DNA of 19,299 bases, from positions 10,865 to 30,163 of the forward strand of contig JBBIOM010000025.1 of assembly GCA_037443365.1 (NCBI GenBank). The letters are read 5' to 3'. The notes below the pieces were generated by a model. The model had not been told where the DNA came from, did no database searches, and saw nothing but the letters and a program-made list of their open reading frames with translations. Origin of the DNA: Armatimonadota bacterium. Its GTDB lineage: Bacteria; Sysuimicrobiota; Sysuimicrobiia; Sysuimicrobiales; Humicultoraceae. The position numbers and the translations under genes were made by a program. Below, piece after piece: positions 1 through 8,970 of the stretch (its first letter is position 1; each line of letters begins with the position of its first letter).

Positions 1-60
1 CTCCAGCCCGTCCGCGAGTTCGTTAGGATCGTCGCACGGATGGAGCAGTCCGGGCAGTAG
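1..60 (+). CDS. Probable 3' end of a gene entering from the left edge (LQPVREFVRIVARMEQSGQ*)
   Basis: Frame 1 is open to TAG at 58-60 with GC3-rich codons and converges on the hairpin at 65-86; too short to identify. Confidence 0.35.
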   Translation, partial: LQPVREFVRIVARMEQSGQ

Positions 61-64
61 GAGC

Positions 65-86
65 AGGGGCGGGACCACCCGCTCCT
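65..86. terminator. GC-rich hairpin between convergent genes, possible terminator
   Basis: AGGGGCGGG-ACCA-CCCGCTCCT, 9 bp stem with one G-U; no U tract. Confidence 0.35.
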
Positions 87-1653
87 ACCTCGGCTCCATC
101 CAGACGTTCCAGTGGTAGGTCCCCGGCACTCCCGTGTATCCCCTGAGGCCGTCGCGCAGGAGTTGCAGTAGGAACCAGTCGCCCAGCTTGACCGTGGCCG
201 CGTCCTCGTAGACCAGCGCCTGCGCGCGCCGCCAGATCTCCTTGCGCACCTCCGGATCGCTGTGGCGCGTCAGCAGGCGCATCATCGCGGCCATGTCCCT
301 GTTCTCGTACCAGCCCGGCCATGTGGGAAGCATCACCAGCAGCTGCGTCGGGTCCGGCACGAACCCGAACCGGGTGGTGTGGATGTCGTAGAGCTCGGGA
401 CGTGACCGCCGCGATACCACCGTCGCCCAGTCGGTTACCTGCAGGTCGATCGCAAACCCGGCACGCTCGAGTTGGGGCTTGGCGATGTTCGCCGACGCGA
501 AGTGGGGGTAGATCTCGGTAGTGGCGAGCCAGCGAACGGGCTGCCCCTGGTACCCGGCCTCCGCCAGGAGCTTGCGGGCGCGGTCCGGGTTCTTCTGGTT
601 GTAGAACTCCTTGCCGGCGTTGGCCCACATGGGATGCTCCTTGGGGACCAGCCCGGGGTCCAGACGCCAGAACTCGCGCGGCCCGTAGACCCCCCTCATG
701 ATGGCCTCCATGTCCAAGGCCGCCAGGAAGGCGTGGCGGATCCGCTTGTCCCGCATCAGCGGCGAGCGGTGGTTGAAGATGAAGCCGTGCCAGTCTGCCT
801 TGGGGACCACATACGGGTTGATGCCGCGGATGCCCCGCAGCCGCGGGTACTCATCGTGAGGGATCGTGTCGGCGATCTGGTACTCGCCCCGGACCACCCC
901 TGCCACGCGCACCGCCGGGTCTGGGATCGGGAGGAAGTAGACGGTATCGAGGTAGGCGACGCGCCGGCCCGCCATTCCGCTGGGCTCCTCGGCCACGGGT
1001 GTGTACTGGTCGAAGCGGTCGAGGCGGATGTGGCGGTCCGGCAGGTGTTCCACGAACCTGTAGGGGCCGGTTCCTATGAACCGCCGCACCATCGCGGTCC
1101 CCGCCTCGTCGGCGATCTCCTTGGGGTAGACGACCGCGCCCTGGCCGGGCATGCCCAGTATCAGGGGAACCAGGACATTGGGCTCGCTGAGCCGGAGCTC
1201 AACGCTATGCCGGTCGGTAGCGGTAAGCGCGGTGACGGTCCTGAACATCTCGCGGCCGCGGGCCGCAAGCCGCGACCAGCGCGTGAGAGAGGCCACCACG
1301 TCGTCGGCGGTCATCTCGCGCCCGTGGTGGAACATGACATTGCGCCGCATGTGGAAGGTGTAGACCAGCCGGCTCGGGCTGAGCGTCCAGCGGTCGACGA
1401 GCAGCGGACGCGGCTCGAAGGTGGCGCTCAGCGCGAACAGCCCCTCGTAGATGTGGTTGCCGATGTCCTGTGTGATGGTGGCGGTGGTCCAGTGCAGATC
1501 GAGCGAAGGCGGTTCGCCGATGTGCGCGTGGCGGAGCGTGCCCCCGCGGACCGGACGCGGCTCTGCGGGCGCTGGCGCCGCAGGCTGCGGAGCCAGGGCT
1601 GCAATGAGCAGGGCACCTAGAACGAGGATCACCATCTCGGTGGATCTCGCCAT
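85..1653 (-). CDS. ABC transporter substrate-binding protein, family 5 (DppA/OppA/NikA-like)
   Basis: Signal peptide, GGTLR..EPPSLD, IYEGLF, FHHGREMTADDVVASL, GTGPYRF motifs; ATG at 1653 preceded by AGGAGGAG. Confidence 0.92.
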   Translation of the reverse strand: MARSTEMVILVLGALLIAALAPQPAAPAPAEPRPVRGGTLRHAHIGEPPSLDLHWTTATITQDIGNHIYEGLFALSATFEPRPLLVDRWTLSPSRLVYTFHMRRNVMFHHGREMTADDVVASLTRWSRLAARGREMFRTVTALTATDRHSVELRLSEPNVLVPLILGMPGQGAVVYPKEIADEAGTAMVRRFIGTGPYRFVEHLPDRHIRLDRFDQYTPVAEEPSGMAGRRVAYLDTVYFLPIPDPAVRVAGVVRGEYQIADTIPHDEYPRLRGIRGINPYVVPKADWHGFIFNHRSPLMRDKRIRHAFLAALDMEAIMRGVYGPREFWRLDPGLVPKEHPMWANAGKEFYNQKNPDRARKLLAEAGYQGQPVRWLATTEIYPHFASANIAKPQLERAGFAIDLQVTDWATVVSRRSRPELYDIHTTRFGFVPDPTQLLVMLPTWPGWYENRDMAAMMRLLTRHSDPEVRKEIWRRAQALVYEDAATVKLGDWFLLQLLRDGLRGYTGVPGTYHWNVWMEPR

Positions 1654-1744
1654 GGCCGCTCTCCTCCTGCTATTCGATTGAGGGTGCGCCCAAGCCCGGG
1701 GGTGCCCCGCCGTGCTGGGGTCCCAAGCCACCTGTGGTACGCAG

Positions 1745-1808
1745 AGTGTGCCACATTCCGAGGCGCCTGCCTAGATCCCGGTATCCAGTCTCGGAATGCG
1801 TGTACACT
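1745..1808. repeat. Imperfect inverted repeat in divergent intergenic region
   Basis: AGTGTGC..CATTCCGAGGC (1745-1764) pairs with GTCTCGGAATG..GTACACT (1788-1808). Confidence 0.55.
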
Positions 1809-2180
1809 ATGAGGATGCGCCACACGGGCAAGTACCACCCTCCCGGCGGCGGCATGAGTGCGGGGGAGAGAGTCGAGGACGCGTTGATACGAGAGGTCCG
1901 GGAGGAGACCGGCATCGAGGTTGAGGTGGAGGGATTCGCACGATTCGAGGAGCTGTTCTTCTACTACGATCCCTCGGATACCGCGTACCACGGCCTGCAC
2001 CTCTACTACAGATGCAGCCCCAGGTCCCTCAAGTTGCACGACGCCTCACAGACGAAGGACGATTCGGCGGGTGAGCCTCAATGGGTGGATATTGCGGGCC
2101 TGCAGGCGCAGGACTTCCAGGCCTTCGGCAACGCCATGCTTGATCTCTGCAGGGACGCCAGCGCTCGAAGCCGGGCTTAG
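1809..2180 (+). CDS. Nudix hydrolase, possibly 5'-truncated
   Basis: Nudix box GGGMSAGERVEDALIREVREETGI; start uncertain (ATG 1809 chosen; ORF open from 1734). Confidence 0.8.
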   Translation: MRMRHTGKYHPPGGGMSAGERVEDALIREVREETGIEVEVEGFARFEELFFYYDPSDTAYHGLHLYYRCSPRSLKLHDASQTKDDSAGEPQWVDIAGLQAQDFQAFGNAMLDLCRDASARSRA

Positions 2181-2258
2181 GGCCTAGCCTCGCACACGAG
2201 TGGTGACGCATATACTCGCGGAGGGATCAACGCTCTGAGCGCGGCCTCCAGTCCCTCG

Positions 2259-3326
2259 CTACGCGTAGACCTGCCCAAACCGGTTTGCGAGGAACTCCTC
2301 TAGGCTCGCATCCTCCTGTCGGACGAACCCGCGGGCGGGAAGCTTACCCTCACTGTGCAGGTCGACCATCGCGCACGCTGCGGCGGCCGTGGCGATCTGT
2401 ATCGCGCTCCATGTCGTACCACCGACCGTGCGCCCGATGATCTTGCGGGCGAAGGAATCCTGGACCAAGCGTCCGGCTCGGGACCCGATCGCGGTCACGA
2501 GCATGACGACGACATCCTGTACGGTTGTCGGGAGCGCGAGTTCGAGTACCTGCCTGAAGAGGTCGCGATGTCTCCCGAGACCGAGATCAACGGCCAGCAG
2601 GCGGATCCGTTCGCAGTGGCCCGGGTAGCGAATCGACTTGTAGTCGAGGTTCTGCACCCGGCCTTCCAGGCTCTCGGCAAGTGTCCCCAGTCCGCCGGAG
2701 GTATGGAATGCCTCGTACGCCATGCCGTCCAGCGAGAACTCCTCGAGGCCCTCCAGCGGCTGCGCCTCCCCTCGCCTGCCGCCGACGATCACCTGGCAGG
2801 GGTTCAGGTACTCGTTGATCAGCCCCTCGGTGCTCCAGGTCAGGCTGTACCCGAGGGCGTTGGTCCCGTACTGCGGCAGGGCCCCGACGCGGAGCTTGAG
2901 GGTCTCCAGTTGATCGAACGTCCTGGCAAGCGACATACCGACGATGCCCACGAAGCCCGGAGCGAGCCCGCAGTGCGGCACGAACGCGGTCTCGGCGCCC
3001 TCGGCTACGCGGCGAATCGCCTGGGCCGCGGCGGTATCCTCCGTGAGATCGAAGTAGTGAACCCCGCAGTCCCTGGCCGCGGTGGCGATCGTCTCGTTGA
3101 GCCGATAGGGGCAGGCGTTGATCACCGTGTCGATGCCTTGAAGTGCTTGCCTGAGGGAGACCGCATCGCCGGCGTCGGCCTGCCGGAACGTAACGCCCTT
3201 CGGTACGTACGCCTGGGTCTCCGGGTTCTGGTCAACGACGCTCAGGACGTAGCCGCCTGCATCAGCGAGCAGATGCGCAATGGTGATGCCGATCTTACCC
3301 CCGCCTAGCACAAGGACCTTCCGCAC
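2259..3326 (-). CDS. Saccharopine dehydrogenase family protein (L-lysine 6-dehydrogenase-like)
   Basis: Rossmann VLVLGGGKIG, HYFDLTED, CGLAPG, LTWSTEGLINEY, YEAFHTSGGLGT, YKSIRYPGH; GTG 3326 after AAGGGGG. Confidence 0.9.
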   Translation of the reverse strand: MRKVLVLGGGKIGITIAHLLADAGGYVLSVVDQNPETQAYVPKGVTFRQADAGDAVSLRQALQGIDTVINACPYRLNETIATAARDCGVHYFDLTEDTAAAQAIRRVAEGAETAFVPHCGLAPGFVGIVGMSLARTFDQLETLKLRVGALPQYGTNALGYSLTWSTEGLINEYLNPCQVIVGGRRGEAQPLEGLEEFSLDGMAYEAFHTSGGLGTLAESLEGRVQNLDYKSIRYPGHCERIRLLAVDLGLGRHRDLFRQVLELALPTTVQDVVVMLVTAIGSRAGRLVQDSFARKIIGRTVGGTTWSAIQIATAAAACAMVDLHSEGKLPARGFVRQEDASLEEFLANRFGQVYA

Positions 3327-3523
3327 GCGCGAGCCCCCTTGTGAGATGTTGTCAGACCACAGTGTAGTGGATTTGGACGCCGCGTCAAACAGCATGATGC
3401 GAAGCGGCCGCCCACAGCCCGCGACGCAGAGGTATGACGGCATGATCCTAGAAGCACAACGACGGTCAGGTCGGCGGCCGGTGTGCGCGCTGGCCGCTGA
3501 CTAGCAGGAAGGAGTAGATCGCC

Positions 3524-3643
3524 ATGGCCACGGTCCGCAAGGACGGCGCGCCCAGGCTCCGCCCCGAGTGCCCGACTCCTTGTGACGGCCGCCTCTATTC
3601 GCTTGAGGTGGCCAGCCCCATTGTGACGCCACAGGGTGTATGA
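3524..3643 (+). pseudogene. 39-aa ORF resembling the N-terminal part of a pyridoxamine 5'-phosphate oxidase-like (split barrel) protein
   Basis: GGAAGGAG then ATG: MATVRKDGAPRLRPECPTPCDGRLYSLEVASPIVTPQGV*; resembles the LATxRxDGxPRxxPV...DGRLY motif. Confidence 0.5.
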
Positions 3644-3646
3644 ACA

Positions 3647-4345
3647 ATGAGCAGTCCACGCCAATGGGCTTCTCCTAGGGTGATCCTGCAGCTACTGGTG
3701 CACGTGGTCGTCATACCGTCACTTCCCCTGTTGATCTCTCGCCGATGGGACTGGTGGGCGGCCTGGGTCTATGCGGTGCTCTCGGTCTCTGCCTTCGTCA
3801 TCAGCCGCGTTCTCGTGGCCCGACGTCATCCCGATCTGCTCGCGGAGCGCGCCCGCTTCATGCGCCACGAGGACATCCAGCCGTGGGACAGGATCCTGGC
3901 CCCGTTGCTGGCGCTCGGCAGCGCCCTGACATTGGCTGTCGTAGGGCTTGATGCATTGTTCATGTGGTCACCACCCTTCACACCCTGGGCAAGGGTCGCA
4001 TCCCTTGCCCTGATCCTCTGCGGGTACGCCCTGGCGTCGTATGCCCTGGTTGAGAACCGCTACTTCTCCGGCGTGGTCCGTATCCAGACCGACCGCGGGC
4101 ATCGAGTCATCTCGAGCGGCCCATACCGTTGGATACGCCATCCCGGCTACGCCGGGGGATTGCTGGCCTATCTGGCTACGCCGTTCCTGCTCGACTCACG
4201 ATGGGCCGTCCTGCCGACGACTTTCACTGCCGCTGTGCTGCTGCTTCGGACATCTCTCGAGGACAGCACGCTTCAGGACCGGCTGGAAGGCTACCGTGAC
4301 TACGCGAAGCGCGTTCGCTTCCGCCTGCTCCCCGGGGTGTGGTAG
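3647..4345 (+). CDS. Isoprenylcysteine carboxylmethyltransferase (ICMT/Ste14) family membrane protein
   Basis: Several TM segments; ENRYFSGVVRIQ..GHRVISSGPYRWIRHPGYAG and RTSLED..L..GYRDYAKRVRFRLLPGVW. Confidence 0.9.
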   Translation: MSSPRQWASPRVILQLLVHVVVIPSLPLLISRRWDWWAAWVYAVLSVSAFVISRVLVARRHPDLLAERARFMRHEDIQPWDRILAPLLALGSALTLAVVGLDALFMWSPPFTPWARVASLALILCGYALASYALVENRYFSGVVRIQTDRGHRVISSGPYRWIRHPGYAGGLLAYLATPFLLDSRWAVLPTTFTAAVLLLRTSLEDSTLQDRLEGYRDYAKRVRFRLLPGVW

Positions 4346-4860
4346 TGAGACAACCCGTCCAGGTCCTGGTGTACCCCGCGCGGGCCGCCGGTGACGACTG
4401 GGAATACCTGCTGCTGCGACGCGTTCCCGTTCCCGCCCTTGGCCTCGGCCGCTTCTGGCAGGGGGTGACAGGAGGCGTTGAGGAAGGAGAGGGCCTTGCC
4501 GAGGCGGCGACGCGGGAGCTTGCCGAGGAGACAGGTCTTACCCCATCCGTGCTAGAGCGGGTGGACTACACGCACACGTTTCCCATGCAGGACGAGTGGC
4601 GTGCGATGTATGGCCCGGGCGTGGAGGAGATCACAGAGCATGCCTTTGTTGCGCTCGTGGACGGGCAACCGGAACCGACTGTTTCCCGTGAGCACGACAT
4701 GTGGGAGTGGTGCGGTCTGAGTCAGGCGATAGGGCTGCTGACCTACCCGAGCAACGTCGAGGCCTTGAAGCGCGCTGACAGCCTCCTGAGGTCGCGGGCA
4801 GCTACGGCCATGTCCTCTTCGCACAACACCACGCCCCGAATCGGGAACAAGGCCCCCTAA
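4345..4860 (+). CDS. Nudix hydrolase, NudB-like
   Basis: PVQVLVY, YLLLRR, FWQGVTGGVEEGEGLAEAATRELAEETGL, EHD..W; GTG overlaps the upstream TAG (alternative GTG 4339). Confidence 0.88.
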   Translation: MRQPVQVLVYPARAAGDDWEYLLLRRVPVPALGLGRFWQGVTGGVEEGEGLAEAATRELAEETGLTPSVLERVDYTHTFPMQDEWRAMYGPGVEEITEHAFVALVDGQPEPTVSREHDMWEWCGLSQAIGLLTYPSNVEALKRADSLLRSRAATAMSSSHNTTPRIGNKAP

Positions 4861-5047
4861 GCTGGCGGGGCTTTCGGTGGACGGTCTCTACAGCCACATC
4901 GCCTGGCTGCGGAACATCAAGGAGAAGATCGAGTTCCGCGGCATGAAGGATGTGGAGGTCAAGGAAGACATGACCTGCCACGACTGGTTCTTCTGCACCA
5001 AGAAGCTCGACAAGCGGACTGTGCTGGACAGAGTACTGAAGAAGTAG
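4810..5047 (+). pseudogene. Peroxiredoxin (Prx6/TDXH-type) remnant with internal deletions
   Basis: MSSSHNTTPRIGNKAP* (4810-4860), then in +1 frame KLAGLSVDGLYSHIAWLRNIKEKIEFRGMKDVEVK-EDMTCHDWFFCTKKLDKRTVLDRVLKK* (4859-5047); no FTPVC motif. Confidence 0.78.
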
Positions 5048-5069
5048 TCTGACTCGTGCGGTGTGAGTG

Positions 5070-5609
5070 ATGAGGATTGAGGTCCCGCGTCCCTCCTGGC
5101 TCCATCGCGCCGTGAAGAGAGTCGCCTCGTCGCGCGCCGGTTCGTGGTTCCTGTCGCGCACGCTGCACCACCTCGACCGGGCCGTCGCGCGGGTTTCCGG
5201 GGGACGGGGCAGCCTGACGGCGCTGCTGGCGGGCCTACCCGTCGTAACCCTCACCATCGTGGGCGCCAGGAGCGGCAGGCCTCGGTATGTTCCGCTGGTC
5301 GGTATCCCTGAAGGGGAAGACGTCACGCTGATTGCGTCCAACTGGGGCCGCTTGCGGCATCCTGCCTGGTACTACAGCCTGAGGGCACATCCCGAGGTCG
5401 TCCTGTCCTACCGGGGGGTTGCGGAGCGGTACGTTGCGCGTGAGGTCACGGGCGAAGAGCGGGAAGCCTGCCTGACCCGGGCCGCCCTCCTGTATTCCGG
5501 GTACCACGCCTACGTGCGTCGCGCCGGCGGCAGGAAGGTGCCCGTGTTCGTGCTGAGTCCGGAGCGCGACAGTCGTCGTGCCGGTGCAGGGCGAGCGCAA
5601 CCTGCTTGA
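5070..5609 (+). CDS. Deazaflavin (F420)-dependent nitroreductase family protein (Ddn-like)
   Basis: LTIVGARSGRPRYVPL, IASNWG..HPAWYYSLRAHPEV, Y..YVRRAGGRKVPVFVL. Confidence 0.9.
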   Translation: MRIEVPRPSWLHRAVKRVASSRAGSWFLSRTLHHLDRAVARVSGGRGSLTALLAGLPVVTLTIVGARSGRPRYVPLVGIPEGEDVTLIASNWGRLRHPAWYYSLRAHPEVVLSYRGVAERYVAREVTGEEREACLTRAALLYSGYHAYVRRAGGRKVPVFVLSPERDSRRAGAGRAQPA

Positions 5610-5714
5610 CAGAAGGTTTGCCGCACCCGGTACCGCGAATACTACATCGTCAGCATCCGCCAAATACTTGTGCACGTTGGTGCTGTCTACTGATCCCGAC
5701 AGGAGTGTGCGATC

Positions 5715-6212
5715 ATGCCCGACACCAGCGACAATCTCAAAGAGGCGTTTGCCGGAGAGAGCCAGGCCAACCAGAAGTACAGGGCCTTCGCCAAGAAGGC
5801 GGAGCAGGAGGGCTTCCCGAATGTCGCCCGCCTCTTCCGTACCGCGGCCGAGGCGGAGCGGATCCACGCTGAGGGACACCTCACCGCGCTCGGCGCGTTG
5901 GGGGCGACCGCCGAGAACCTCCAGGCGGCGATCGACGGCGAGACCTACGAGTACACCAAGATGTACCCCCCGATGCTCGAGCAGGCCGAATCCGAGGGGC
6001 ACAGGGCGAAGCGCATGTTCGGCTACGCGACCAAGGCCGAGGCGGTTCATGCACGGCTCTACACCGTCGCCCTGGAGGCGATCCGCGGGGGAGCGGACCT
6101 GGCGGAGAGCTCGTTCTACCTGTGCCCCACCTGCGGGCACATCGAACCCGGTAGCCCTCCGGAGACCTGCCCCATCTGCGGAGCAAAGGCTGCCAAGTTC
6201 ATCCTGGTGTAG
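5715..6212 (+). CDS. rbr: Rubrerythrin family protein
   Basis: NLKEAFAGESQANQKY, AEAERIHA, GETYEYTKMYP, AEAVH, C-terminal CPTC...CPIC; AGGAG upstream. Confidence 0.95.
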   Translation: MPDTSDNLKEAFAGESQANQKYRAFAKKAEQEGFPNVARLFRTAAEAERIHAEGHLTALGALGATAENLQAAIDGETYEYTKMYPPMLEQAESEGHRAKRMFGYATKAEAVHARLYTVALEAIRGGADLAESSFYLCPTCGHIEPGSPPETCPICGAKAAKFILV

Positions 6213-6229
6213 AGGAGGGATCAACACCC

Positions 6230-8953
6230 GTGAAGACCCGAAACCTGGTCATCCTGTTACTCCTTGTATTCCTGTGGGCGGGGCCGGCGGTTCTCGGTCT
6301 CTACACCGACTGGCTCTGGTTCAAGGACCTGGGCTTTGCCGGCGTCTTTCGGACAAGGTTCATAGCCCAGACAGCGCTCTTCGTGCTGGGCGGGCTGCTG
6401 GGCGCCGGCGCGATCCTCTGGAGCGCCTCGCTGGCCCGCCGGTTCGCGGAGCAGGCCGTGGGCGCCATCGAGATGCCCGGCAGCGCGCAGATGCGCGCGA
6501 TGCAGCGGCCCTTCTCGCTGGCGGTGATCGGGGGCGGGCTCTTCCTCGCGCTCAACATGGCCGGCGTGGCCGCGGCGCGGTGGGAGCACGTGCTGCGGTT
6601 CTTCCGCGCGTCGCCGTTTGGGGAGACCGACCCGCAGTTCGGCCTCGACATCGGCTTCTTCGTGTTCACGCTCCCGGTGTACCGCTTCCTGCAGGGATGG
6701 CTGCTGACCGTGGCCCTGCTTGCCCTGGTGGCGGCTATTGCGGTGTACGCCTTCCGGATAGTCTTCCCTCAGGTGCAGATGCCTCTGGAGGGCACGGCTG
6801 AGTATCGTCCCGCCGCTCCGATCAACATCATCGTCTCCCGCCCGATGCGCCTGCACGTCCTCGGATTGGCCGCGATTCTGCTCGTTCTCGTGGCGTGGGG
6901 CCACTGGCTTTCGGTCTATGATCTGGTCTACTCCCCGCGAGGGGCATCGTTCGGCGCTTCGTATGCCGATGTTCACGCCCGGCTCCCCGCGCTGCGGCTT
7001 CAGGCCGTGATGGCCCTGGTAGCGGCCGTGCTGATTGGGATCACGGCGTTCCGCCAGGGGTACCGCCCGGCGATCATCGGGGCGGCGGCGTGGATAGGGA
7101 CGGGCCTGCTGGCAGGCGGCGTCTACCCGGCGCTGCTGAGCCGGTTCGTGGTGCAGCCCCAAGAGCTCGAGCGCGAGCGGCCCTACATCGAGAGGACCAT
7201 TCGCATGACGCGCCAGGCGTACGCCCTCGACCGGATCGCGGAGGCCCCCATCGCCGGTGAGGAGATGGTTACCGCCACCGACCTGGCGCGTGCGCCCACC
7301 ACCGTGGCCAACATCCGCCTGTGGGATCCGGGGCCGTTGCTGGTTACGTACAACCAGATACAGAGCATCCGGCTCTACTACGACTTCGTTGATGTGGACG
7401 TCGATCGGTACACGCTGGATGGGCGCTATCGCCAGGTGATGCTGGCCGCCCGCGAGCTATCGCCGGAGAAGCTGCCTTCGCAGGCCCAGACATGGGTGAA
7501 CCGCCGGCTCCAGTTCACGCACGGCTACGGCGTAGCCATGAGTCCGGTGAACGAGTTGACGCCGGAGGGCCTGCCCACCCTGTTCCTCCAGGACGTGCCG
7601 CCCATAGGCAATCCCCGGGTGGACCGGCCGGAGGTGTACTACGGCGAGAAGAGCCGGGACTACGTGATCGTGCGCACTCGATCTTTGGAGTTCAACTACC
7701 CCAAGGGCGAGGAGAACGTCTACACCACGTACCAGGGCAAGACCGGCGTGGGGCTCGGCTCGTCGCTTCGCAGGCTGCTCTTCGCCTGGCGCTTCCGGGA
7801 CCTCAACATACTGATTTCGGGTGCGATCACGCCCGAGAGCGTCATCCTCTACCACCGCAACATAACCGAGCGCGTCGCCAGGTTGGTGCCCTTCCTGCGG
7901 CTCGATGGCGATCCCTACGTGGTCGTTGCCGACGGCCGGCTGTACTGGATCATAGATGCCTACACCTACACGGATCGCTACCCCTACTCGACGCCGGCAA
8001 AGGAGGGGTTCAACTACGTTCGCAACAGCGTGAAGGCCGTCGTGGACGCCTACAACGGCACCGTCGCGCTCTACATCGCCGAGCCGGACGACGCCATGAT
8101 CCAGACGTATGCGCGCATCTTCCCCGGGCTTTTCCAGCCCCTCGGGGCGCTCCCGGCATCGCTGCGGCCGCACCTACGGTACCCGCAGGATATCTTCGCG
8201 GTTCAGTCGCAGATGTACCGGACCTTCCACATGCAGGACCCCCGTGTCTTCTACAACAAGGAGGACATGTGGAGTCTCCCTCAGGAGGTCTACACAGACA
8301 AGCCGGTCGAGATGACGCCGTACTACGTCATCATGCGTCTGCCCGGGGAGGCCACCGAGGAGTACGTGCTCATCATGCCCTTCACGCCTCCGGGCAAGCA
8401 GAACATGATCACCTGGCTCGCGGCCCGGTCCGACGGCGAGCACTACGGCAAACTGCTGGCCTTCCGGTACCCCAAGGACAAGCTTGTCTACGGGCCCATG
8501 CAGATCGAGGCGCGCATCAACCAGGACCCCAGGATCTCCGAGCAGTTCACGCTCTGGAACCAGGCCGGCAACCGCGTGATCCGCGGGAACATGATCGTGA
8601 TCCCGATCGGGCAGTCGAATCTCTACGTTGAGCCGATATACCTCCAGGCCGAACAGGGGCGGCTTCCCGAGATGAAGCGCGTGGTGCTGGCAAGCGGCAA
8701 CCGCGTGGCGATGGCTCCAACTGCGAGTTCGGCGCTGCAGGCCCTGCTGGCAGGCCCTGGCACCCCAGCGGCTGCACCGGAGCGCCTGCCCGCGAAGGCC
8801 CCTGCCGGACCGGCTTCCCCCGGCCCGGGCGCAGCCGATCCGCGCAGCATTCTTCGGTCACTGATGGAGCGGCAGGCGCGGCTGATGGATGAACTCAAGG
8901 CGCTTGACTCCGACCTGCGCCGGCTTCTGGAGGTGCTGAGCCGTGAGAAGTAG
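6230..8953 (+). CDS. UPF0182 family membrane protein
   Basis: YTDWLWF, DPQFGLDIGFFVF, GASYADVHA, NIRLWD, DVDRY, THGYG, NYVRNSVKAVVDAYNG, PYYVIM, YVEPIY; GAGGAGG upstream of GTG. Confidence 0.95.
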   Translation: MKTRNLVILLLLVFLWAGPAVLGLYTDWLWFKDLGFAGVFRTRFIAQTALFVLGGLLGAGAILWSASLARRFAEQAVGAIEMPGSAQMRAMQRPFSLAVIGGGLFLALNMAGVAAARWEHVLRFFRASPFGETDPQFGLDIGFFVFTLPVYRFLQGWLLTVALLALVAAIAVYAFRIVFPQVQMPLEGTAEYRPAAPINIIVSRPMRLHVLGLAAILLVLVAWGHWLSVYDLVYSPRGASFGASYADVHARLPALRLQAVMALVAAVLIGITAFRQGYRPAIIGAAAWIGTGLLAGGVYPALLSRFVVQPQELERERPYIERTIRMTRQAYALDRIAEAPIAGEEMVTATDLARAPTTVANIRLWDPGPLLVTYNQIQSIRLYYDFVDVDVDRYTLDGRYRQVMLAARELSPEKLPSQAQTWVNRRLQFTHGYGVAMSPVNELTPEGLPTLFLQDVPPIGNPRVDRPEVYYGEKSRDYVIVRTRSLEFNYPKGEENVYTTYQGKTGVGLGSSLRRLLFAWRFRDLNILISGAITPESVILYHRNITERVARLVPFLRLDGDPYVVVADGRLYWIIDAYTYTDRYPYSTPAKEGFNYVRNSVKAVVDAYNGTVALYIAEPDDAMIQTYARIFPGLFQPLGALPASLRPHLRYPQDIFAVQSQMYRTFHMQDPRVFYNKEDMWSLPQEVYTDKPVEMTPYYVIMRLPGEATEEYVLIMPFTPPGKQNMITWLAARSDGEHYGKLLAFRYPKDKLVYGPMQIEARINQDPRISEQFTLWNQAGNRVIRGNMIVIPIGQSNLYVEPIYLQAEQGRLPEMKRVVLASGNRVAMAPTASSALQALLAGPGTPAAAPERLPAKAPAGPASPGPGAADPRSILRSLMERQARLMDELKALDSDLRRLLEVLSREK

Positions 8954-8970
8954 CCCCTAGGCCTGGTTCC

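Noticed and set aside
5606-5640. TTGACA upstream of rubrerythrin as a promoter; possible PerR/Fur box
   Set aside because: No acceptable -10 at canonical spacing and no AT-rich palindrome.
3500-5714. Integron cassette array for the small co-oriented genes
   Set aside because: No attC-like RYYYAAC...GTTRRRY palindromes or integrase; genes abut or overlap.
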